Notes: a model not told the origin generated them from the sequence alone. Numbered from the stretch's first letter, positions 9,197-17,102 are shown. The stretch: DNA of 20,000 bases from an uncultured virus (IMG/VR IMGVR_UViG_3300043105_000062) (IMGVR_UViG_3300043105_000062:54427-74426), one strand, 5' to 3'. Made by a program: numbers and translations.

Positions 9197-10528
9197 TTAC
9201 TGGCTGACGTAAAGACCTTCGGTGACTTCGATAGACTCGGCACAGCCCATAGGAACGATGCCATACGAGAGGGTCAGCTTTTTAGTTACAAGAATGTTTT
9301 GGTCAGACGATACAGTCACGAATGAAGTACCGCTAATCTCCTCAGCGCTCTCCATCTCGTCAAGCACATCTGTAACGAGGTTCTCGAATACAGTAACTTG
9401 AGCCGAAGAAAGTTCGCCTGAAGACGGATCAACTTTGATAGGCGAGTTGACGTAAGGCAACAGAGCGGTACGAACCAACTTGCGAGATTTGTTGATTGCA
9501 CGGTTGCGAGCAATAGTGCAATAGTCGCCGGCAGAGCAGGTGTGGTCATTTGCGAAGTACACGTGGCCCTCAAGACCTTCAAATGTACGCAAGAACACAT
9601 AACCAGCTTCCTCAAGAGCGTTAAGCTGAGCCTTAGTCAAAGCTGAGTAGCTAAGACCGTTAGTGATAAGACCGTCAGCAACTGTAGAGTCACCGAAGCC
9701 CATTTCAATAGCCGGTACATAGCTTACAACGTCAAAGTTCTGAACCCAACCGATAGACTCGCCTACACTTGCCTGAGTGAGTGCGCCAAGAGCAAGGCCG
9801 ACAATACCAACAGGAGTGGTAGATGTCAGAGAAGCCTGCATACGGCGAACAGACTCTTCCATTGACTGAGACAAAAGCACAGTTACGTAGCGAGCGTCGA
9901 TAACGCAAGACGGAATCTGGCTAATTGCGATAGTGTTAGAAGTAGCAGTGCCGACTTTGACCTTAGATGTATTGGCGTTAACCAAGAGAGATACCGGAGC
10001 GAAATAATCGTCAGCAAGCTCTTTAGCTACGCGGTTAAGGTCAGCAACGAGGGAGATTGAATAACTGTTAGCTGCTTCATCAGGCTTGGTCCAGAGCTGT
10101 TGCTCAGTCCAAATACCGATTTGGAAGATGACACCGTTAGCAGCTCGTTGCATTTCGATGAGTGCGTTCCAGTCTTTAGAACAGTCAGCAAACATCACAA
10201 ACAAACGACCTGAACCACCGGCCATACCGTAGAACTTGCTGATATGGTAGTAAGGAATACCTGCGAGCAAGTCAGTGCTTTCGCTGGTCTCCGAATCCAC
10301 CTCACCAGTGTAAGCGGTAATACCGGCTTCAACAGCGTCGTTGAGGCTGTTAAGCTCAACTACTGTGTCCTTCCATGTATCGGCGATAGCAGCGCCGGCA
10401 CCTTTAGTCCAAAAATCGGGCTGGCCGGAGATGTCGAAGAGGAGACCGCAAACCTTTTCTACATTGGTGTTTGTAGTGCTGGGAATGTTGCCATCCAGGT
10501 CGCTCATAAAAACGTTTCCTAATGCCAT
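9197..10528 (-). CDS. Contractile tail sheath protein (DUF2586-like)
   Basis: 443 aa. Motifs: YYHISKFY, ESIGWV and the C-terminal LEEAGYVFLRTFEGLEGHVYFANDHT...DYCTIARNRAINK...DQNIL...YGIVPMG sheath signature. Confidence 0.85.
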   Translation of the reverse strand: MALGNVFMSDLDGNIPSTTNTNVEKVCGLLFDISGQPDFWTKGAGAAIADTWKDTVVELNSLNDAVEAGITAYTGEVDSETSESTDLLAGIPYYHISKFYGMAGGSGRLFVMFADCSKDWNALIEMQRAANGVIFQIGIWTEQQLWTKPDEAANSYSISLVADLNRVAKELADDYFAPVSLLVNANTSKVKVGTATSNTIAISQIPSCVIDARYVTVLLSQSMEESVRRMQASLTSTTPVGIVGLALGALTQASVGESIGWVQNFDVVSYVPAIEMGFGDSTVADGLITNGLSYSALTKAQLNALEEAGYVFLRTFEGLEGHVYFANDHTCSAGDYCTIARNRAINKSRKLVRTALLPYVNSPIKVDPSSGELSSAQVTVFENLVTDVLDEMESAEEISGTSFVTVSSDQNILVTKKLTLSYGIVPMGCAESIEVTEGLYVSQ

Positions 10529-10540
10529 TGTATGAGAAGT

Positions 10541-10939
10541 TTATAATTTGAAATACGGATTCTGGTAGAGAGTTGCGTTCTTTACGAACACCTTGGGAGT
10601 GTCGCTGGGGTAAACGCCGCCGAGCTTGTCGATATAAATCTCCTTAACTTCGGTGTGGCGTTTCAAGTAAGCCTTAGCTTTGTCGGGGATGTCTGTAAGA
10701 ACAGGCTTCTCGGCAGGGACTTCTTCCTCAACCGCTTTACTCTCGGTTTCTGTCTCAGGTGCGGACTCGACCTCAGTCGATGTTTCATCAGCCTTGGTAT
10801 CAACAGGTGCTTCAACGGTAGTCTCAGCTGGCGTATCAACCGGCGCTTCCTCTGTTTGAGGGGCTTTGGTCTCGGTGGTCTCCTCAGTGTTCACTACAGG
10901 GGCTTCTTCCTCAACCGCTGCTTTATTTTTTCTTACCAT
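10541..10939 (-). CDS. Hypothetical acidic, low-complexity protein between capsid and sheath
   Basis: 132 aa that fill the intergenic gap. E/T/P/A-rich N-terminal region with repeated EAPV(D/V)(T/N), plus a compact C-terminal domain ending YQNPYFKL. Confidence 0.8.
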   Translation of the reverse strand: MVRKNKAAVEEEAPVVNTEETTETKAPQTEEAPVDTPAETTVEAPVDTKADETSTEVESAPETETESKAVEEEVPAEKPVLTDIPDKAKAYLKRHTEVKEIYIDKLGGVYPSDTPKVFVKNATLYQNPYFKL

Positions 10940-10957
10940 AAAGTTTACTATTGTTTT

Positions 10958-11001
10958 AATTAAAAAGAGGAGCGGAGTTTCGTTATTCCTCCACTCCTCT
11001 T
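10958..11001 (-). terminator. Intrinsic terminator after the major capsid gene
   Basis: Minus strand AAGAGGAGTGGAG-(11 nt)-CTCCGCTCCTCTT followed by TTTAATT. Confidence 0.8.
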
Positions 11002-11026
11002 GTCGATGATACTATGCGATAATGAG

Positions 11027-12124
11027 TTAGGCGTTCTTGTACGGAGTCCAAACGATAATCTCACTCGGACGCACGAGGTTGATGTCCATCTTCATGCGCA
11101 TTTGGAAGAAGTAAAGTTCGGAGTTAGCCTGAAGACGTTCAACCTTTACAGACTCCTCATCGGTGCTGTAGTCGATTGCCATCCAGAGACAAGAATCAGC
11201 GTCGTTAGAGAACTTGCCGAAGAAGATTGTAGATTCGGGGATACCGTCAACTACAATGATCTGTTTGCCTTTGAAAGTGCGACGGTTAACGTCGGGGTTT
11301 TCAACGTACTTGTACTCTTTCGAGGTGAGGTACTGGTCGTAGAGGTCCCAAACATCCCAGCCCATAACGAATTTGAGCTTGTTAGATTTGCGGACGTGAG
11401 CCGGAGTCTTCATCCAGATAGCGTAAAGTGCGTCTTCAACGTCTTTACCGGTTGTGAAAGTGTCAGCACCTGCGAGAATTACCTCACCAGAAGCAACCTC
11501 GTTCTTAATGTCCTCGGTGATTGCAGAAGCCTCACCAGCTGCAACAACAGCCTGAGCTTTGAGGTTAGCAAGAACACGAGCGAGAGCACCGTCAAAGTAC
11601 TTCATCAAGCCAGCAGCAGAAGCGCCACCAAGAGCAGTTGCACCTTCAGGAACAGTGATTTTGGCATCTACGCCGCCTTTCTTACCACACCAGATACAGT
11701 CGTTGATGTACTGATCTTTGCGGTCGAGAAGCAGACGAAGCATAGTCTTCTGAACAGCAGGATCGAGTTCACGGAATACAAGAGGTCCGGTGGGCTGAGC
11801 AAAGCGCCAGTATTCCTCGAAGTCGCGAGGGTTGAACTCCAGATAGACCATGAAGTCTTGAGGGTCCAAATAACGCTCAGAGAGTTTGTACTGGTTAAAT
11901 CCGCTCTCATCGTTGGCAGCGCCATCCGCAGAAGTAGGAGTAGGCTTGTTGTCCTGGATGATAGAGCCCAGTTGGATGTGAGGCAAAACGTAACGTTTTT
12001 GAATACCGGGCTTAACATGAACAAGACCAGCCTCATAAGTCTCGTTCCCCTTCGCGGTATATACCAGGAGGTCTTCAAGAACCTCGCCCGCATAAGTGTT
12101 ACCGGCAAAATTAATAGTAGCCAT
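11027..12124 (-). CDS. Major capsid protein
   Basis: 365 aa directly after the protease/scaffold gene and followed by a strong terminator. Codon usage looks like that of a highly expressed gene. Size and position fit an HK97-fold MCP; the fold itself was not verified. Confidence 0.85.
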   Translation of the reverse strand: MATINFAGNTYAGEVLEDLLVYTAKGNETYEAGLVHVKPGIQKRYVLPHIQLGSIIQDNKPTPTSADGAANDESGFNQYKLSERYLDPQDFMVYLEFNPRDFEEYWRFAQPTGPLVFRELDPAVQKTMLRLLLDRKDQYINDCIWCGKKGGVDAKITVPEGATALGGASAAGLMKYFDGALARVLANLKAQAVVAAGEASAITEDIKNEVASGEVILAGADTFTTGKDVEDALYAIWMKTPAHVRKSNKLKFVMGWDVWDLYDQYLTSKEYKYVENPDVNRRTFKGKQIIVVDGIPESTIFFGKFSNDADSCLWMAIDYSTDEESVKVERLQANSELYFFQMRMKMDINLVRPSEIIVWTPYKNA

Positions 12125-12142
12125 TGTTATTGTGACGGGGAA

Positions 12143-12676
12143 TTAAAATTTGTCGAACTGCACGTCACCCAACTTTTCCTTGATAGCTGCTTTTACCTGA
12201 GCGTCAACATCTTTCAATGTCTCCTCAACAGTAGCCACGTTAGCGGGATCAGATGCGATTGTAGCCGTGATTACCTCACGGGCCTGGATTGATGCAAGAG
12301 TTGCTTTTACAGTAGCGAAGTCGGCGTTAGCCATCGTCACCCAAGCGTCTTTTGCAGAAGCCTCAATTTTACCTGCCTTGATAGCGTCTTCAATGACTGA
12401 AGCGATCTCGGCCTCGCGAGCAGCTTGCTCAGCGTCCTTGTACGCCTTGAGAGCGTCCTTGACTTCACTAAGTTCACTGTTGACGTTTGCGAGTTCTGCT
12501 TCCTTGCCTTCGAGTTTAATTTTGACAGCGGTCAACTCACTCTGAGTTTCCTTGAGGGTTGCCTCTGTCTTCATCAACTCAGCAATACGAGCTTCTATCG
12601 CTGCGGCCTGAGTGTCCTTCGCGAGTCCAAGTTGTGCTGAAATGGCGTCGAAATTTACATTTTCGTTAGTTTCCAT
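12143..12676 (-). CDS. Putative internally initiated scaffold protein (177 aa, in frame with the protease)
   Basis: ATG 12676 (M245, METNENVNF) has the A-rich context CAAAATAAAATG, sits at the domain boundary, and has a late-promoter-like motif about 40 nt upstream. Confidence 0.6.
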   Translation of the reverse strand: METNENVNFDAISAQLGLAKDTQAAAIEARIAELMKTEATLKETQSELTAVKIKLEGKEAELANVNSELSEVKDALKAYKDAEQAAREAEIASVIEDAIKAGKIEASAKDAWVTMANADFATVKATLASIQAREVITATIASDPANVATVEETLKDVDAQVKAAIKEKLGDVQFDKF

Positions 12677-13408
12677 TTTATTTTGATCTTGGATTTGTGA
12701 ATTGTCTTTTCGATTACGAATAGCGCTGATGTCTTCAAGAAGTTTATTTTCATCCACTTCGGCAGATACAGCCGACATGATGTCTCTAATTGAAGCGGTA
12801 TCTACGATACCTTCCATCTCGCATTTTACTTTGTCACGAACCTTCTTTGAAGTTTTGATAACGTTCTCAGCCGGGAGGAAACCAGCCTTAACCGCATCAG
12901 ACGCGCTGAAGAATGTACCGTCAGCTTCACCTTCGCCATTCATAATGGCAGCTACTTTTTCTTTGGATAGGCCAAAGCGTTTGGTATAGATGGTTTCAAG
13001 CTGAGAGCGGAAAGCCTCCACGGTCTGCTTGAGCGACGGGTCGTTATCAATGTTCTTAGCGTTGAAGGGGTTATGAATCATCAGCAACGAATAATCGTGC
13101 ATGAACAGATTGTCACCAGCTGCCCAAATGATGCTTGCCATCGAAGCAGCAATACCCTCAACTACGCAATCAACTTCAATAGGACAAGAGCGTATGATTG
13201 AGAATGTGCTCATTCCGTAAAGAACTGAACCGCCCTCCGAGTTAATCATCACGATAATTTTTGATGGCTTGATATAATCTTGCAGCCACAAAAATTCATC
13301 ATTGAAGCATTGGACGCTACATTCATCTACGGAAGAGAAAAAGCGTATAATAGCCGGCTTGTCTGTTTCAGCCCTACCAACTACATATTTCAGATTTTCT
13401 ACGTCCAT
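12143..13408 (-). CDS. ClpP-type (S14/S49) prohead protease with C-terminal scaffold domain
   Basis: INSEGGSV, GIAASMAS (catalytic Ser) and LMIHNP (His) motifs. The C-terminal part from M245 is coiled-coil-like and Ala/Glu/Lys-rich. Confidence 0.9.
   Translation of the reverse strand: MDVENLKYVVGRAETDKPAIIRFFSSVDECSVQCFNDEFLWLQDYIKPSKIIVMINSEGGSVLYGMSTFSIIRSCPIEVDCVVEGIAASMASIIWAAGDNLFMHDYSLLMIHNPFNAKNIDNDPSLKQTVEAFRSQLETIYTKRFGLSKEKVAAIMNGEGEADGTFFSASDAVKAGFLPAENVIKTSKKVRDKVKCEMEGIVDTASIRDIMSAVSAEVDENKLLEDISAIRNRKDNSQIQDQNKMETNENVNFDAISAQLGLAKDTQAAAIEARIAELMKTEATLKETQSELTAVKIKLEGKEAELANVNSELSEVKDALKAYKDAEQAAREAEIASVIEDAIKAGKIEASAKDAWVTMANADFATVKATLASIQAREVITATIASDPANVATVEETLKDVDAQVKAAIKEKLGDVQFDKF
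12716..12747 (-). promoter_or_regulatory. Degenerate late-promoter copy inside the protease gene
   Basis: Minus strand ATAAACT-N15-CGCTATTCGT (12725-12716), an 8/10 match to CTCTATTCTT. Confidence 0.45.
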
Positions 13409-13426
13409 TGTGATTTACCTTTTCCC

Positions 13427-13460
13427 AAGAATAGAGGATTGTAATTTAAATTGGGTGAAA
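13427..13460 (-). promoter_or_regulatory. Putative phage late promoter upstream of the protease gene
   Basis: Minus strand TTTCACC (13460-13454), 17-nt spacer, CTCTATTCTT (13436-13427), 18 nt before ATG 13408. Confidence 0.65.
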
Positions 13461-14180
13461 TCACCCCGTGATATTATCAAAACCGACAACATCTTCAAAC
13501 TTAGGCTCAGCGAAATTAGGCGAATGGTCAGGGTTCGCAATTTCATTCTGGTCGCTTGGTTGGGTAAACGGCGGCACGGTGACATACACATCCTTGTAAT
13601 TCTTGTATGCGTATGAGGTGAAGTCTTGGAACCAAATCTGATAATCAATCCAATAAGGCTGTAAAGCATCATCAAATGACAATGGTTGGTCCCAGTATTG
13701 CAGCTGGAAGCGATACACCAATGCTGGGAACGAGCTTTTCTGTGCCTCAATAGCAGCAACAATTCGCTTATATACTGCTAATCCTTCACATTCAACTTCG
13801 TCATCACTGTTGTTCAGCCTGTTAAGCACATAATGAATACGCATTGTACCCTTGCCATCAGCAATACTTGAAGTGCCGACATTGTAATAAATGTCGATAA
13901 AGTGGATGAACACCGCTGGGAATACGATACCGTACTCTTTGTTATATTCATCGTGTTTGATACGAGTTAACTGACCATTGTCCAGTTTGATAGTCTTGAA
14001 CAATGGTGGACTGTCCGGGTCATTAGGGTCTTCCTTAATAGACTCCAGAATTTTTCTCACCGCCTTGTACGTTTCAATCATGGCGTTGGTTTCAACAGCC
14101 TCTTGAACTTCATCGTACACTTCAGGGGTTATGACTTCTTCCGGTTCGGACGGTTGAATTGGCTTTTTATCTACTATCAT
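13461..14180 (-). CDS. Putative tail completion/terminator-type neck protein (Mu gp37-like position)
   Basis: 239 aa with an ATGA overlap to the upstream gene. The 'IKLDNGQL...FPAVFIHF' pattern resembles tail-terminator-like proteins. Function is inferred mainly from synteny. Confidence 0.55.
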   Translation of the reverse strand: MIVDKKPIQPSEPEEVITPEVYDEVQEAVETNAMIETYKAVRKILESIKEDPNDPDSPPLFKTIKLDNGQLTRIKHDEYNKEYGIVFPAVFIHFIDIYYNVGTSSIADGKGTMRIHYVLNRLNNSDDEVECEGLAVYKRIVAAIEAQKSSFPALVYRFQLQYWDQPLSFDDALQPYWIDYQIWFQDFTSYAYKNYKDVYVTVPPFTQPSDQNEIANPDHSPNFAEPKFEDVVGFDNITG

Positions 14181-14713
14181 CGTCTAACTACGCCTGGGAA
14201 AGTTCTAAAAATCATTCTTTCAAGCTCACGTAACTTATCGTTCATTACAGATGAGTCTTTCTTTTCAGTTGGCATGAACTGGCGTTGCGGCATGTTAGCC
14301 ACTCGTCCGGTTCGTATGGATGAGTCGTCAGAGTTATGTACTGCGGCAAAGCAGAAACCTCTGTGACTATATGTTCCGCTAAATGCTGATGGGTCGGTAA
14401 AAACTTTGACGCGGCCTCTTGTGCGATTATACGTTTCAGTCTCATACACAATAGAGTTGCGCAACGAATGTGACTCAATCAAGCCACCGACGGTATAACC
14501 ACCTTTGTTACGCTTAGGACGATGCTTCCAAACTACGCTGCCAGAAGTATTGAAGCGTTTCATATCAAACGACTTCTGGAATATCTCCACAGCAGAGCGA
14601 CCAACGGATACCTGAAAGTTCCAGATATTCAATTCAAACTGGTGAGGAAGCAACTCCCATGATGTAATCCATTGTTGAGGCGTTATTGGAATACCTCTAT
14701 TGATTCTCGCCAT
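14177..14713 (-). CDS. Virion morphogenesis protein (Mu gpG/P2 gpS-like)
   Basis: 178 aa, basic. FQKSF...WK, LIESHSLRNSI, FAAVHN and MPQRQFM motifs match this family. Confidence 0.75.
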   Translation of the reverse strand: MARINRGIPITPQQWITSWELLPHQFELNIWNFQVSVGRSAVEIFQKSFDMKRFNTSGSVVWKHRPKRNKGGYTVGGLIESHSLRNSIVYETETYNRTRGRVKVFTDPSAFSGTYSHRGFCFAAVHNSDDSSIRTGRVANMPQRQFMPTEKKDSSVMNDKLRELERMIFRTFPGVVRR

Positions 14714-15572
14714 AGTATTTCGCTCTAATTCGTTTAGCTATAGCATTGAGACGACCAACATGTCGCTCATCAACTTGGAAGTATGGATGTTCATCTGAGA
14801 AAATTCGACCACCCAGTGCGACGCTCTCCTTAAATGTGCGGTTGAACCAATCAGGCATCTCAGGAGTAGCCATTGCCTGAACCGAGCTAAGGTTTGACTT
14901 TCCGTCTATTGAAGCAGTATCCTCAACCAAATAGCAACGGCACTGATATTCAATAGGAGGTATCAACCAAGCCGGGAAACGAGATTTCGGTGCCGTGAAG
15001 CCCTCATACTGTAAGTGCCAAGGGCGCACACGCTCATCGCCTTGTGTCATGTACATCAGAACGGTATCATCCCTGACAGCTGCAAGAAAAGCAGCAACAA
15101 TCATTGAATACTCTGCATCCTGATTTTCTGTACGCATATATTGGTCGTTGAAGCGCTTGAACACAGGCAGGAAAAACAGCTTCCAATCGTCATCATCCAT
15201 ATCTTCAGACTCCTCATCACTAAGCTCATCTTCCAGCTCAGCCATATCGTCAGCCATCTGATATTCAGCGACTACTGAGAAATCAACAAGGTTATCAACA
15301 GCCGCCATAACAATATTTCGTTGGGCAATCTGTTCACTGTCAAGTCCTTCAGCCTCACGGATAAGCTTTATTGCATCTTCAAACGTAATGCCAAAGCCAT
15401 CCAGTGCTCGTCTAATCATAATGTCAGCACGAGCTTCCATCAAGTCTTCCAGCGTATCCCATTCGTTCTCCTGATTAGCAACACTAATGACAAAATCATG
15501 GAACAGAGCCAGCAATATTGCCACCTCTTTTTCATGCCGGTCCTCACTTGTGTCTGGATGTCGTAATGCCAT
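14697..15572 (-). CDS. Minor head protein (Mu gpF / SPP1 gp7-like); possibly expressed mainly as a frameshift fusion to portal
   Basis: YMTQGDERVRPWH...PPIEYQCRC motif. ATG at 15572 (GTG at 15575), but the frame is open upstream through the portal slippery site at 15623-15617. Confidence 0.85.
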   Translation of the reverse strand: MALRHPDTSEDRHEKEVAILLALFHDFVISVANQENEWDTLEDLMEARADIMIRRALDGFGITFEDAIKLIREAEGLDSEQIAQRNIVMAAVDNLVDFSVVAEYQMADDMAELEDELSDEESEDMDDDDWKLFFLPVFKRFNDQYMRTENQDAEYSMIVAAFLAAVRDDTVLMYMTQGDERVRPWHLQYEGFTAPKSRFPAWLIPPIEYQCRCYLVEDTASIDGKSNLSSVQAMATPEMPDWFNRTFKESVALGGRIFSDEHPYFQVDERHVGRLNAIAKRIRAKYYGENQ

Positions 15573-15578
15573 CACATT

Positions 15579-15623
15579 GGAGAGTAGGGTTGGACCTATT
15601 GCCCCCTCTCCCGAAGAAAATTT
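15579..15623 (-). other. Candidate programmed -1 ribosomal frameshift signal (portal to gpF-like frame)
   Basis: A_AAT_TTT in the portal frame (15623-15617), 5-nt spacer CTTCG, then the hairpin GGAGAG-GGGG / CCCT-A-CTCTCC (15611-15579). The -1 frame is the gpF-like frame, with no stop in between. Confidence 0.7.
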
Positions 15624-16924
15624 TTGGTATTACGAGCGTGCCCGTAACGTCTGAAATATTCCTCATCAGTTAGATGGCGAGTCGTATTATTGCTATAACC
15701 GCCGCCTCCACCTCCGGACGGAGCACCACCTGCACCTTCAGCCATAACATTCAGCTGACGTTTAACTTTCACGCCGAACTCCTGCTCAATAGTTTCGGGG
15801 TCCATTTCCCAAGAAGCGGTTAAGTTCTGGAACAAACGTATGCGGTCTTCATCGGACATCTCAATACGTTTAGCGTATTTGAACTCAAGGCCATCCGGTA
15901 AATATCCAAGACGGACAAGGCGAGGCACAATGCTTTCGTTCATCACCAGTTCAATGTAATCACGGTACACCTCGATACGGTCACGGAAAATGTTTTCATG
16001 CGCACGAGTAGCACCGACATACGACTGGGTAGCGCCGGCGATTGACTCAGAGCCAAGAATAAGGTTTGATACATCCTTATCAACGATAGCAATAAGCCCG
16101 GTGAACACTTGCTCTGAGTTCGACATCGTGAAAGTTTTAATATCCACCTCGTCATTCAGACCGGTTACGATAACTTTGTTCTGGGCAGCACTCGCTATAT
16201 CATTTGCCATTCGCTTACGGTCAATGGTGTTCTCAGACTCAGTTTTGCCGTGAATAATAGGCTGACCATAGGTGTGAGAAAAGTTGACGTAATTGGCAAA
16301 TGTAAACTTCTTGGCTAATATTAGCGGAGCAACAGCAGAGAACAAACCCAAGTCACCGTTATTCACAAGAACATAATGGTCGGCATACTTCGGGTCATCG
16401 AAATTCCACTGAGGCATCCATATTCCTTGTCGCTGAACAATACGACGTTGATCCGCAAGAATATTACGGCGCTCAACAAAGTTCACCTTCAGTCCATTAT
16501 GTTCCAGAGTTGGGTCAACCAAGAACTCAAGACCGGTGTATCCATACAGCTTCGACTCGGCAATACCATAGATAATCTTCAGAAACTCGGTGTTCTGGAT
16601 TTTCTTGGTCGCCGGAATGTCCTTAGAATATTTGCCTTTCTCGTTTTGCTTAGCCATCATAAATCGTTCTCCCACAATTTGAGAGAACAGGGTCTCCAGT
16701 ACGCCACGTAGATGAGCGTCTTGCTGCACACAGGCATCATAAATGTCTATGAGGCGGCTACGGTCATCCAGCACCGTTCCGTTCTGGAGGTGCCTATAGG
16801 CAGACTGAAAGCGGCATCGGCGCTCAATCTCCCGTACATATTCCTGTACGCTCTTTTTGCTGGTCATAAAGGTACTTTCCAGCAACTGAGAGATTTCTTT
16901 ATCTGATAATTCTGCGTTAGCCAT
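15596..16924 (-). CDS. Portal protein (DUF935 / Mu gp29-like)
   Basis: 442 aa. IYDACVQQDAHLRGVL, ESKLYGYTGLEF, FSHTYGQPIIHGK and VSNLILG...SYVGATRAHE motifs. First gene of the head module. Confidence 0.85.
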   Translation of the reverse strand: MANAELSDKEISQLLESTFMTSKKSVQEYVREIERRCRFQSAYRHLQNGTVLDDRSRLIDIYDACVQQDAHLRGVLETLFSQIVGERFMMAKQNEKGKYSKDIPATKKIQNTEFLKIIYGIAESKLYGYTGLEFLVDPTLEHNGLKVNFVERRNILADQRRIVQRQGIWMPQWNFDDPKYADHYVLVNNGDLGLFSAVAPLILAKKFTFANYVNFSHTYGQPIIHGKTESENTIDRKRMANDIASAAQNKVIVTGLNDEVDIKTFTMSNSEQVFTGLIAIVDKDVSNLILGSESIAGATQSYVGATRAHENIFRDRIEVYRDYIELVMNESIVPRLVRLGYLPDGLEFKYAKRIEMSDEDRIRLFQNLTASWEMDPETIEQEFGVKVKRQLNVMAEGAGGAPSGGGGGGYSNNTTRHLTDEEYFRRYGHARNTKNFLRERGQ

Positions 16925-16945
16925 TGTTAGCGAGTTTACTTTCTG

Positions 16946-16978
16946 AAGAATAGAGTTCGCCGCTCATTTTTGTTTTAT
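16946..16978 (-). promoter_or_regulatory. Putative phage late promoter upstream of portal
   Basis: Exact CTCTATTCTT (16955-16946), 21 nt before ATG 16924. The upstream box is weaker (TAAAACA at a 15-nt spacer). Confidence 0.6.
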
Positions 16979-17102
16979 GACGAACCGGCAATTATCCGAT
17001 ATTGATTAGTCAACTTAAATGTTTTAGAAAAATTTCAATCTTCTATATTGTTGATAATCAGCATTGAATAAAATATTTTAATGCAAAAAGACTGTTTTCG
17101 TT

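Noticed and set aside
1..10528. Extracellular contractile injection system, tailocin or T6SS interpretation
   Set aside because: Portal, prohead protease and capsid genes are contiguous with the tail genes, so this is a complete virion module.
11000..12292. 430-aa plus-strand ORF antisense to the major capsid gene
   Set aside because: It has a non-ATG start and no recognisable motifs. It mirrors a strongly codon-biased gene, which commonly leaves an antisense frame open.
15570..15598. TAG read-through or recoding (code 15) at the portal stop; it would end at TGA 15574-15572, overlapping the gpF-like ATG as TGATG
   Set aside because: All long genes are intact in the standard code with no internal TAG, and TAG also ends the gpF-like gene at a sensible place. 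It remains a minor alternative to the frameshift model (an ATG-TGA mini-ORF also sits here).
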